DNA of 62,078 nt, filler included, from Catajapyx aquilonaris (lineage: Eukaryota): NCBI GenBank assembly GCA_000934665.2. It is 2 parts of 2 records of this genome, joined end to end, with 100 filler letters (N's around TTAATTAATTAA, not from the genome) between each part and the next. Parts side by side here need not be neighbours in the genome. Positions count along the whole stretch, not along the records: positions 31,101 to 62,078 come from KZ539179.1; 1 more part is not named here. The stretch is one strand, 5' to 3'. The notes beneath the pieces were generated by a model, which saw only the letters and a program-made list of their open reading frames with translations, did not search any database and was not told the origin of the DNA. Shown here one piece after another: positions 42,101 through 53,503 of this stretch (position 1 is the first letter of the stretch; each line of letters opens with the position of its first letter). The position numbers and the translations under genes are program-made.

Positions 42101-42688
42101 TTGCAACTGGAACACTGTACTTATTCAATTGCACGTAATTGTTGCTTCTTGTTAAATCGGTTGTAGGAGTGAACAATCCGCTCCTTGACCTTTTGATTTG
42201 GGTATTGCACCAGCCTTGGTTCATAGCCTGTATTTTAGAATGGGGTGAAAAAAAAGGAGGGCGATTAAGAGGGTGACAAATGAAGGATTCCCATGTGACT
42301 AAAAAAAAAGGGGGGGGGGGGGGGGTTCGTGAGGAATAGCGTCATGCAAGGAGTGTCAGAGGCAGCCCAATTATAAGCCAAGCGGTCATTCAACACACGG
42401 TCGGTTCCACTAATCTAATATTTTTGTTTAAAAAAAATACCACGTGCAACACGTGGAATTTTTTTAAAAAACGGTGTCCAACATGAGGTCAAGTTTTTTT
42501 TAGAGCAGTATTCACAATGGTCGCTATAAGATATAACCGTCGTAAAGTCACTCAGGTGTGACGTCACTATTGTATCCAATTAACAAGCCTCTCCATTCCA
42601 TCATTTTGTGCCCACATTTAAGGAGAAATGACCTCTTCATCTTCACTCATCTGACCTATAATAAACATGACCTTCGACCTCCAGGCAT

Positions 42689-42870
42689 CAACTTATAAAG
42701 GTGTCCAACTTATAAATGTGTCCAACTTATAAAGGTGCCCAACTTATAAAGGTGTCTAACTTATAAAGGTGTCTATCTTATAAAGGTGTCCAACTTATAA
42801 AGGTGTCCAACTTATAAAGGTGTCCAACTTATAAAGGTGTCCAACTTATTAAGGTGTCCAACTTATTAAG
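42689..42870. repeat. 17-bp minisatellite, about 10.5 copies
   Basis: Unit TCCAACTTATAAAGGTG; reverse complement of the subterminal repeat at 39066-39105. Confidence 0.95.
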
Positions 42871-43203
42871 GCGAATGGTATCAGTTACTTACAACGAAAG
42901 CATCTTATATAGATAACTGCTTAATCACAAGCAGCTTAGTGCCCAAAATAGCCAACTAAAATGAAACATTCTACAGGCCTTATATAGTTGCCTCTGATCT
43001 CTTTCTCCACCATAACCTTTGACCCCATTTCAAGGTACACAAGCTAACCATGACCAAAGTGGCCTAAGTTGTCTGTGTAACCTATAACCCAGCTTCTGAC
43101 GTCACTGGCCTCTGTTGCCTCAGCCCCATGGCATGAGTTGCCTGAGCTTCCATGATATGAAGGGTCTGAGTAGCCTGAGCTCTCCTGCCTATAGGCGACT
43201 TAC

Positions 43204-43367
43204 TTCATAATGTCCTGCTCCCTCTCCTCCTCCTGCTTCTGCCTCATCATGACGGACTCGATGATCTGCCTCTCCTCTTCCGTGAGGTGGCTGAGGTCCG
43301 GCATCGGAGGCACTTGGCCAGTGCCAGCGGAGCCGCCCCCCATTTTCAGGCGGGGGTCGGCCGCCAT
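43204..43367 (-). CDS. Rim: RIM coding exon 1 (Rab3-binding helix); missed by the ORF track
   Basis: AAGATGG start, in-frame TAG upstream; MAADPRLKMGGGSAGTGQVPPMPDLSHLTEEERQIIESVMMRQKQEEEREQDIM; phase-2 donor AA|GTAAGT. Confidence 0.93.
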
Positions 43368-43699
43368 CTTAGACTGGCAGGGTCGTCTCTTCTACTACTG
43401 GCTGCTCCGAGTCCTCCTCTTCCTGCTGCGGGTGGTCTAGCTGCAGCCCCTGATTATGCAGCGTAGAGGTGCAGCCCCGGGTGTTATTGCCCTGTCGACG
43501 ACTCATCAACAACGGGGCGACCCACATCTTGGAAATAACTCCGGAATCACTTTACGTGTTGCACTGCGGCAGCATCAAAACGCGTCACCAAACAGCACGC
43601 CATCACCACTCCACTTCACAACAACCACCGTTCCATTTTATATCCCCCCCCTTTCCTCTCTCTCTCTCTCTTTTTAAATAATATGTTATACTCTTAAGG

Positions 43700-43960
43700 G
43701 GGTGTGTATCCCCTCCTTTTGTTACAAGCCCCTGCCGCTGGGAGCGCTGTGGTCGAACTAGCAGCGCTCGCGCCCCCTCGGTTCCCTTCCCGTCCCTTCC
43801 TCCTCCACTTTTACCTAACCCCCTGTTCCATTACCCATTCATGCAGGCCTAATAAATAATGGGGATGCGTTGAATTTCCGCCAATCGGAACGCGGATAGG
43901 GCTTGACGTCAGAGACACTGGTGGGTATCGATCAGCCAGTCAGAGCGCAGGCTCCAAGGG
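43700..43960 (-). promoter_or_regulatory. Candidate Rim promoter region
   Basis: GC-rich segment upstream of exon 1 with CCAAT (43881-43885) and a full CRE TGACGTCA (43904-43911); motif presence only. Confidence 0.35.
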
Positions 43961-44527
43961 ATGAATGGAGAGGGGGAGGAGAGTGGGAGTGGATGGGGGA
44001 AGGAGGAGTGAGATAAGGGTTGTCAGGAACCCCCACCTGCGGGGTCCCTGGCTCCGTACTAGCTCACGGGTTCAATCAAACACGGACACCGGGTGAGGTA
44101 TAAATGTAACTGTATTTGGCCACAGGCCCGCCTGCACAGTCGCAAAGCGGGGAAGGGAATGTTATATCGGGGAAGGGAAAGGGAAGAAGGCGAACCCCCT
44201 CCTCCGACATGGTTGCCACTTTCCCGGCCACCACGTGGCGGAGTTGCCACANGAAAACATTACACAGGGGTCGTTTACACGGGAATAGTGGACCCGGTCT
44301 AGACCCGGTCCGATATCAACATAAGAGAAGCGATCGATGGAGGAGGGGTCAGTGTCGATGCAAGCGACACCTATCTATACACCTGGTCCGAATCAGGTTA
44401 AGAGTAGCTCTAGTAATAGTCGATTCAAGCGACACCTAGCTAGTACTGGTCCGAAATCAGGATAGGAGTAGCGATGGAGGAGGGGCCAAGGGAGGAGTTA
44501 TTCACTGACATGTTTTGCGTACCGGTA

Positions 44528-45078
44528 CACGGACTATACATTGGACTAATCACTCGGACTAACCCTATACTCTGGGAAAACCTCGGACTAACCCGGACTT
44601 ACCCTACCCTTGGAAAACCTCGGACTAAACTCGGGCTACCTCGGACTATAGTTGGACTACCTCGGACTTAACTCAGACTAACCTCGGAATACCTTGGACT
44701 AAACTCGGACTAACCTCGGAATCCCCTTGGACTAAACTCGGACTACCTCGGACTATAGTTGGACTATCGTGGACTAAACTCGGACTACCTCGGACTATAG
44801 TTGGACTACCTCGAACTATAGTTGGACTATCTCGGACTAAACTCAGACTAACCTCGGAATACCCTGGACTAAACTCGGAATACCTCGGACTATAGTTGGA
44901 CTAACCTCGGACTGTAGTTGGACTATCTCGAACTAAACTCGGACTAACCTCGGAATACCCTGGACTAAACTCGGACTACCTCGGACTAAACTCGGACTAC
45001 CTCGGACTAACCTCGGAATACCCTGGACTATCCCGGGACTACCTACACTAATAAGCTGTAGTCTACACGGACTATACC
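44528..45078. repeat. Compound minisatellite built from 10-12-bp GGACTA subunits, flanked by about 60-bp direct repeats
   Basis: CCTCGGACTA / AACTCGGACTA / TAGTTGGACTA subunits; flanking repeat GTCGAT(T/G)CAAGC(G/A)ACACCTA...GGTCCGAATCAGG...GAGTAGC near 44353, 44419 and 45117. Confidence 0.92.
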
Positions 45079-46049
45079 CTTAAATAACCCCTTGGGGCCA
45101 GCAGGGATAGATAGCAGTCGATTCAAGCAACACCTACCTAGTAGAAGTAGACCGGGTCTAGCGTCTAGACCAGGTCCGAATCAGGGTAAGAGTAGCGATG
45201 AAGGCCGGGCCATTCGATTCAAGCCACACCCCCTTTATCTATAGATATATGAACCAAGGTTTGTCTGTCTGTTTGTTTGGCAATTTCGTATACCTATTTC
45301 GTTCCCATTTGATATCCGTGAGAAGAACGAAGAATATAATTATAAATGGCAAAGTTTGTTTGTTTCATTGTTTGATCATTCCCTACCCATTTTGTACCCG
45401 TTTACCAGTACGAAGAACGGGTTCCCTGCCAGTGTTTTTAATACACGGAAAGTCAGTATGGAGTTTTAAAAAATAATGCTGGTGATCTTTTGGCCTCTGC
45501 CTTTCAGCGCTAGAGTTATCGTGAGTTGAGAGAAAAGAGCGGATTCCTTTGCCGTGATCTTTTGGGGGCATTCTTGACTGGGTCGTCGATCCAGCAGCGT
45601 TCAATCTCTCCATGTTGTGAGGGGGGTGAGTGAAGGGGGGGGGNGGTGAAGGGGGAGGAGGGGAGGGGAGGGGCTATGACGTCAAAGGGGGTGTGGAGGA
45701 GAATGTCACACCGTCGGAATTATATGTCCACACCGACCACACGCATTTTTTATCCGGGAAGTCAACGGAACTTTGCGTGTCGCCGGGTCATGTGATTCTC
45801 ACTATAATGAGACATCCGGTAGTGAGTCGTCGCGTCGTTGGCAGCTTCCCAGGTTGAAAATGTAGGGGTCAGAAATGATCGTGACGACGACGCGACGGGG
45901 TCCCCTTATTTATAGACACATCCGGCCATCCACAATGCAGCGGAGTCCCCCCCCCNCCCCCCCCCCCCCCCTACCAAGTACCTTCATGTCACGCATTGTC
46001 ACACTTGGCTCTACCCCCTCGTGACCGCTTCACAATTCCAGCATTTGAA

Positions 46050-46260
46050 TCGAGCCAATGGGAGAGTGGTCAACGGCAGCCATCATGAATTGGGGGCGTT
46101 GTTTTTAATTGTAGCCAATTGGAGCGTGTGTTTACAGTCGGCCATCTTGGATTTGGGGGCGGGTTTTCAACAAGTTTTCAATCAGAAAAGGAACCAATCA
46201 GTAGGCTATACGTGCAAGAGATGGATTGGAGGACAGGACTCCAGAAATTTGATTGGGCCG
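46050..46260. promoter_or_regulatory. Dense promoter-motif cluster (CCAAT x6, YY1, GC box)
   Basis: CCAAT at 46055, 46115, 46194; ATTGG at 46089, 46225, 46252; CGGCCATCTTG at 46139; GGGGCGGG at 46156. Confidence 0.5.
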
Positions 46261-46320
46261 ACATTAGTCCGCGGGACTAGCTCGAGACTAGACCGGTTTA
46301 GAGTGAAACTAGGGAACCTC

Positions 46321-46565
46321 CCGTTGCCATGGAGATCTCGTCCATGGCAGCGGTTCCCCATGAAGATATCTCCATGGCAATGGTTCTCCATGAAGATCTT
46401 CATGGCAATAACGGTTCTCCAAGAAGATCTCCATGGCAACGGTCCTCCAAGAAGATCTCCATGGCAACGGTTCTCCACGAAGATCTCCATGGCAACGGTT
46501 CTCCACGAAGATCTCCATGGCAACGGTTCCCCATGAAGGTCTCCATGGCAATGGTTCTCCATGGT
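46321..46565. repeat. 28-bp tandem array (about 8 units plus one inverted partial unit) carrying RFX X-box-like motifs
   Basis: Unit GAAGATCTCCATGGCAACGGTTCTCCAC; exact ATCTCCATGGCAAC at 46427, 46455, 46483, 46511 and inverted at 46323-46336. Confidence 0.93.
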
Positions 46566-48344
46566 TGATGCTGAAGTCTACCTTTCCTTTTTCATATTTC
46601 ATAAGTTGGAGCTGGGGAGTCGCCAAGAAGATGGACGTGTCATAGGCTGTATTTGCCGCATTCTTCATTCAGTGCTAATTACTTGTATCTGAGATCGGAG
46701 AACAACCCGTCTTTTAATTGGAGTCTCTTTGGACAGTGTGTCATCCCGGATAATCCTTTGAACATAAAGCATGTTGTCGATCTCTTCACCTCCCTGCAAT
46801 GAATATTCATAGCCGCAAAAGAGGGTAAATTAATTTTCCAACCCACACAACATGCCAACCCCCGCCGATTCAAGCGATTGTGGAAATGGAATAAACGTCC
46901 CATCAGATAGGGCATGACGTTACATGTCAACTAATCAGTGCAACCGTAATGCGACTCTTTTGCATTCTTCGCTGCTATCCTTTTCACAGCATGGGGGGAA
47001 GATCGGTTACACATTGTTGAGATCAATTACGTGCTGGTAATTTTAACTCGCTGCCAGCTTGTTCGAGCGTACCGGTCGCACTCTCACTCATGGAATTAAA
47101 TCAGTTTTGTATATTAGTTACACATATTAGCATCCAGTGAAACAATCTGGCACACTAAATCACAATTTATTCACCAAGTATCAGTACACCAATAGTCTTA
47201 AAAATACATCTACCCTACAGTTATGTACAAATATTTAAACTCCAGAACAATGTCGCACACAGTGAGAAATTGTTCATATTTACATTAGTAAATAAACTGC
47301 TCTCTAACAAAAACTGTCACAGGGAAACAAGCTAGACAAAAAAGTCGTTCTTATTCGTTAACATGTAAAACACTATTTACAGCTATTCACAAATTATGCA
47401 TAGCAATTCACCAATTTGACCGTCAGTCATACACAATTGTAGCAACTATTCTCCCTACGTTATGATTGACACGCAGCAATAAAAGCTCAAGCCCACACAA
47501 AGGTACACATGACACTGATATTTATGACACGATTCTATCAAAATTGCCTGACATTTTTCTTCACCCCGTATGTACTTCAACGCAGGATATTGCAAAAAAA
47601 AAATTTTGATTAACAACAAGCTTCCAGCACTCGTCTAATAACAATTACTAAATCTACAAACACCTCGCAATAACTTCCTCAGACAAACCAATAAATATGT
47701 ATACATGCCATCCAAATCCATTAGGAGTGACAATTAATCGGATATAAATAATTACTTGCAGTTAGTTTTTCCGGTTCTTTTGAAACATCGAAAGCTTTTT
47801 CCAGCCTATCCTACAAACAGGATTATAATGCACACCGATATTGCGAGAATAAAATGGATTTCGGCCAGCTATTTCGTCGCATAGGAAGCCAATTTTTTCC
47901 AGCTGGAAGGCTGCGGATCATACTACAATCTTGATAAACTGCACCATGGCTTATTTAAAACATGGCAAAAACAAACCTGAGAACAACAGTGTTGTACCTT
48001 TATTGTAAACTTAATTCACTGGGGGAACACTCACACGCAAAAGGACTATCTACCAAAAATGCATAAAAGTTGGCTTCGGCTACCAACCTGCTGACTGACT
48101 TATTTGCATTAGTAGGCATCACACAGCAGTATTGTCACGCTGCTAATTCTCCAAAGGGAGTACATACAAAACGACGAAAACAGGTGGGAGCGGACACCTA
48201 CTCCAGCGCGTTTTTAAAAACCACCATTAGAAAAAGGGGAGACACTTCACAGAAGTTATCAGTTCCGATTGACAAGACTTCATGTGGCAACATAATGCGG
48301 CAGACACTCCAGAGGTATCAGGATTGCAATACTCACGACGACGA

Positions 48345-51300
48345 CTATATAAATTTGAAGCATTTTTGTTTGTCGTGAGGGATTCTCGTTTTGAAGAGGA
48401 TGGAATCTGCTCGATATTGAGTGTTGAGAAGCGGAGTGTACCCATAAACCTGCAAGGTACAGAAATAATGACAAAAGTGTACATTAAGTCCAACCTGACT
48501 CATTTGAAAGTTATGTGATGGGCACTTAGATCAAATATTGCGCTTGCCTTTGTAAAAAAATTTATACACTTGTGCCTCTCCTGGAAATGCGAGTCTTCTT
48601 CTGATAGCGACACGGGGCATCCAGGACATCGGAAAGTCCACCTAGAGGTCACCTAAAAATGCTAATCGTTAAAATACCTGGCAATGTCGCATAACAGCAC
48701 GACCAACTAAGCGGTAAGCGTACTCTGCGAGACTTCATGAACAATAATAAAATCGCAGCCGACTTCACGCTTCATAAAATCCATATTCAGCAAGTTTGTT
48801 CCGAGCATAACGCTTACCTTGACAGGAGGTTTCCGTGTCACATGTGAGACTAGAAAATTCATGGCGATATCTTCGCAGTTCATGTACTCGTCCACTTTGT
48901 CCCTAATGGCCTGGGGCATCGTGTAACTGTACAAGTATGCATAATATTTGTGGAAGAAAGCAGCACCTGGAAGTCAAATAGTACATCAAAGATGCATCAA
49001 TGATTTAAATATCAGCAAGTACAACTGTGAGTGTAACGATTAATCAAGTTTTGTTTCACTACTAGCATTGTACCTGTAAGAACCATGGAGAGTTCACACG
49101 AGTAATTCGAGTTGTACAGCCAACCATCGTACTTAAGATCCCAGGCATGATATCTGCCTGGGAAGCCAACAAGTCGATCTCGATGTTCCCTCCAAACCCT
49201 GCAATTGTCAAAAGTACATTGAATTCAACGACTGATTTCATGATCACATTTTCATATCAGAACGTACCTGAAACCAAACATGATTTCATCGTGCCTCAAG
49301 TGCGCATCGTCATCAACTGAGAGAACGGCCTCCGTTTCAATTGCACTGTACGGCAAGAACCGGTTGTTCAGACTGTTCCGTGCAGCTTTTACCACCTGTG
49401 CAACATAAGAAAGCATAAAAAATGTCTCCCAAATCATTTCTTATACAAAAAAAAAATCCTCTGTGATTCAATATAACAAACTGACTCGTACGAGATATGC
49501 AACAGCCTAAAAAATTTAATGCAATCTCACATGCACTGGCACACCAATATCCGGCCACCGCAGGTCTTCCGGTGGAGGTCGCGGCGAGTTCCACACCACT
49601 ACCACCTTGTTTAGATACGGCAACCCAAAGAGTCGGGCCAAAGAGTTCATAAGAACCTAAAACAAATCAAGAGCGAATTAAACACGAACTAGCTACCAAG
49701 CCGATGATATTACCTGCTCACGTTCGTAGGTCAGCATTACGATGGTGAACTGCTCTCTGGCCATGTTTCCGCCCAATGCTTCACTGAACTCCTTTCCGGC
49801 CCCGCCTGAACCTCGTCCGATCGGTCTAAAGCCGATCCCAGAACCTGTAATGAACATCAATTCAATACATGACAGATTCAATTGGGTTAGACGAGTACGC
49901 AGTAAAACCAAGACACAAACCTAGAAACTTCGCTTCTGACGGCAAAATCGGATCATAAGGCAGATGTTGATGCAGATGAAACGGATCGCCCCATTCATTC
50001 CACAGCTCGTAACTCTGCAGGTAAAAAGTCTGCATTAACGACGAACCGACTGCAAAAGTTTGGGACTAACCTGAATGCGAGCCGCAGTGTAGTTTCTCTG
50101 GTATATTGGCGAGGGATACGGGGGTTCCATTGGTCCCAAGCTCTCGTCTAGTTCCGCCTCTGGTACCAACGAGTCCATCTTCAACGGCTGGAAAAGAGCA
50201 TCGTTTTGTTACTTGTTATCAGCTTCTACCAATACAGTACCAGACGTCAGCCTTCTTACCACAAAAGTGGCGTTAAATATGCTGGGGGATGGCTCATCCT
50301 CGGCAGGCAAGGCAGGAACACCAATCCGATCTCTCAGCACAGCAACTGTTGTGTCGACAATTGCTTGTACGGATGCCATGTATCGTTCCCACAGAAACCG
50401 TCCCTGCCGACGCAGCGACAGCAAGTCAGCATCCGGAATGGCTCTGCGACAGAAAAAAAATTAGTAGCAACCGGTATAATTTTAAGCACCAGAGCGTACC
50501 TAAGCAGAAAGTGCAGCTCGGTGATCCTGGCCTTCGGTAAAAATATGGCAGCCCTGTTCCAGTCCAGAAACTCTCCAAATGGCATCACCATCTGAGAGCC
50601 CAGTACCACAGGTATGGCTCCGTACTTGAGCGACTCGTGAAGCCTGACTTGCAGAAGCTGAGTGGACACCAGCGATTGGTTTGACGGCGTGAGGATAAGT
50701 GCGTATGTTGAGTCCCGCAACAGACTGGCTCTGGTTGTGTCGCTCTGACACAATGTCCACTCAAAATCCTCCCCTTTAATCTTCCCTGCTCCGCATCCGA
50801 ATTGGAAGTAGAACCGATCCTCGGTACCACCAAACTGCAGCCTCTTCAGCATCTCCACGAGGGCCATGTCGATACCAACGTTCTCGGCCATTCCGCGGGG
50901 GAGGCCACCTTCTGTTCCGCCACCGGGAAGCTGATACTCTCCTACATAAGGTGAAATTATGATGACATGAAAGTGGTATGGTTCCGTGATTATACGCACC
51001 TTGAAAGGACATCAGGTAGCGACGCCTGGCTGGAACAATCGGCGGACATTCGCCCCATACGTCACCTCCAGGCGGCCCCATCGTAATAGGCGGCATCACC
51101 AAGTCAAACCCAGGACGAAACTCCGGTCCGAACTCAACTTGAGCCACCATTGCACGACCTGTACCAGACAGGTAATGCCCACCGCCACGAAACAACACAT
51201 GGTTACGCCCATCGCCTCGCCAGTACGGAAGAGACAGAAGATCCTGCTCTAACGACCCTCCAGAATCACCAACCAGTACTAGATACAGACAAGCTTCAGA

Positions 51301-52112
51301 CGGATCGAGCGTCACATGCGGATTGTAACCCAGTGTCTGCATTAGCGTCGTTCGGGTCGGAGAGTCGAGAGGCCCGCCGACTGGATGTGCGTCCGGCGAG
51401 TAGACATACACGGGGAATCCGGATGTGAGCGAGCAGCGGGAAAAGTCGAAGCAAAGATGCAGGCGGCACGATCGGGATTGTGATGGCGAAGGCGATGGAT
51501 AGTCGTCCGGCTCTGAGAGGGATGGAAGGATGCGACGAGGGGCAGCCAGTTCCGGGGTGTTACGCTGCAGGGCTTCCTTCTGCGCGACACGTGCCTGAAG
51601 CGATAACGAGTATGAACATGAGGTAGAAATACATATTTGTCGGACAATACCTGATCGACCGATAGCTTCAGTCTATCCAGCTCCATCTGCTGACGCGTAA
51701 CATCCGCTTTCAGATCATCCAACGACTGGCTGTAGTTAGAAATTGCCATCTGTAGCCGCCTCCGCCTCGCTTCCAGTTCCCGCAGCTCCGTCGACACAGA
51801 CGCTTTGATCCGCAGCATCTCGTCTATCCGCATCTTCAGATCGGAGCTCTTCAGCGAGCCAAATTCGTCCACGAGGTTTCCGTCCATCTGCGATCCGACG
51901 CCTGTTCCTCTGTGGAAGAAAGTTCCGCCTCCGGATGATGATGATCCGGTGATGCTTCCGGACGAGGAGGAATCGGCTGCGACTTTTGACAGATAGTAGT
52001 GCGTAACCAGCGGGACTGTCACCAGCACCAGAAGCACCAGAAGGATGATGCGGGAAAGCCGAAGCTGCCCCATTGTCCTGGCTCCGTTCAGTGTCCTCTC
52101 GCTGAAGTCCAT
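48345..52112 (-). CDS. botv: Exostosin-like 3 / brother of tout-velu (heparan sulfate GlcNAc transferase, GT47-like + GT64), complete, 13 exons, 920 aa
   Basis: Exons 52112-51651, 51594-51000, 50941-50500, 50443-50260, 50187-50071, 50014-49921, 49844-49714, 49656-49531, 49395-49268, 49198-49074, 48966-48818, 48652-48548, 48449-48345 sum to 2763 nt with consistent phases; TM plus coiled coil, [49 protein letters not shown]-terminus [15 protein letters not shown]. Confidence 0.97.
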
Positions 52113-52263
52113 TGCGCCAGAATGTTACTCTGTAACTGAATAAAAATATTCTAACCCTCAATCTGTACATATCAGAAGCTTTTGTCCGTTGTTCCATTGT
52201 GAGATTTTTGTTCTAAAAAGTAAGATTACACCTATTGTGCATTGTCATAAGGGCGATAGTTAC

Positions 52264-52420
52264 CATGCCAATCCGTGTGTCTTTGGCCCTGGAGTTGGAT
52301 CCCATGGCCGCCCCTGGGGTTCGCCCCTGGGTTTCGCCCCCTAGAACCAAAGAGACGGAGAGAGAGGAACCCGCGCTGTTCGAGCGGCGGCCATCTTTGA
52401 TCATCCAAAATTTTTCAATC
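52264..52420 (-). promoter_or_regulatory. Probable non-coding first exon / TSS region of botv
   Basis: GC-rich block with YY1-like AAGATGGCCGCC near 52386-52397, donor ATG|GTAACT at 52263, acceptor TTACAG| at 52130 17 nt before the start codon. Confidence 0.5.
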
Positions 52421-53084
52421 GAGTTTGATGTAGTGCCTTATTTTGGTCGGTTGGAGGCGCCACAGGTACGGGATGGTGGCGTGCTCTTGCGGCGAAAATT
52501 ACTAACATTGGAAACCACCATCAATTCAAAATGAAATTTTATTGTAATGTTGTTTAATTAACTGTTTAATTAATTGTTGTTTAATTCAGCATCTGCGGTG
52601 TGATTTTTGAAATGGCATTACCTCCTTACCATGTACGCAACGTTGCCAAATCAGGCGACCACAGTTTGTTCTATGAAATATAATGTAGTCTGTGGTCTGT
52701 GCCCCCTGTAAATAGGTAATTGAATTTGAGAAGATGTTTTGCAAGATCAAAAATGGATTTTTATAGATTATTGCTAATTATTCCTTGCACTAATAGGCTT
52801 ACTAATTACATTAATTCAGAGACAGTATTTCACAATTATTATGTACAGTGCTGGTCATATTAGCAGTCCCTTAAGTGTTTACTAATTAGTTATGGACATG
52901 GTATTTCACAGTTTTGGAGTTTTGGTGGGCATCAGTGGGTTGAGACGTTGGCGGCGATGCAGCTTCCGCAGCGTTATAGTACCTACAAGATTAGGTGAGG
53001 TACTGTAGCAGCGTGGCGTGTATGTATAGTTTTGGTCAGAATCCATGTCGGCTCTTCTGACTTGAGCTGACCCCAGAATTTCAT

Positions 53085-53410
53085 CGACGGTGGTGGCCAG
53101 GACGAGGGAGGTACTGCACTCCATTTCGGCAGAGGTGACCCTTTGTTGGGCTAAGGGTCATGCTGGAATCCCACGCAACAAGCAGGCGGATAGTGAAGCG
53201 CGACAAAGCAGCGGACCTGGAGGTGGGGTGGACCTTCTTGGTGGAGACCGGAGCAGCCGTGGGGAGGAGGTGTTGGCACCATTCCCTGATGGACTGGCAG
53301 ACGAGGTGGGCGGCGGACAGAGGGGATTGGTACCATGCCTTCCTTCTCGAGGTGGAAGCCAGAGGTCGGTGGTTGCCTGCCCGCGAGGTGATTTCCGGTC
53401 GGGGCGGGAT
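53085..53410 (+). mobile_element. Decayed non-LTR retrotransposon fragment (RNase H C-terminus and following region, R1/I-group-like)
   Basis: VTLCWAKGHAGIPRNKQADSEAR matches the W.KGH.GI.GNE.AD..A RNase H motif; shifted frame gives WQTRW...RGDWYHAF...V..R.W.P typical of the post-RNase H region. Confidence 0.8.
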
Positions 53411-53503
53411 CGCCTGCCAGCTCACCATAGTGAAGGATAGCTCTGCAATATGAAAGAAACACTCTGTGAACGTTATGGTCAGTAATACAATCATAGCCAA
53501 GAC

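Noticed and set aside
43346..43367. Apparent uORF before the Rim MGGG start
   Set aside because: On recount the upstream ATG is in frame (MAADPRLK-M), so it is the likely start codon.
43741..43768. RE1/REST-like site upstream of Rim
   Set aside because: Only a partial half-site match, and REST is not an established arthropod factor.
36790..46565. Repeat arrays considered as CRISPR-like
   Set aside because: Units are head-to-tail without unique spacers, there are no cas genes, and the context is eukaryotic.
46021..46668. Overlapping repetitive ORFs (EDLHGNGSPRRSPWQRFSTKISMATVLH...) on both strands
   Set aside because: Produced by a stop-free 28-bp tandem repeat read in rotating frames; no splice or homology support.
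52915..52945. piggyBac-like TIR (CTCAACCCACTGATGCCC on the minus strand)
   Set aside because: Lacks TTAA, points away from the transposase, and has no partner on the other side.
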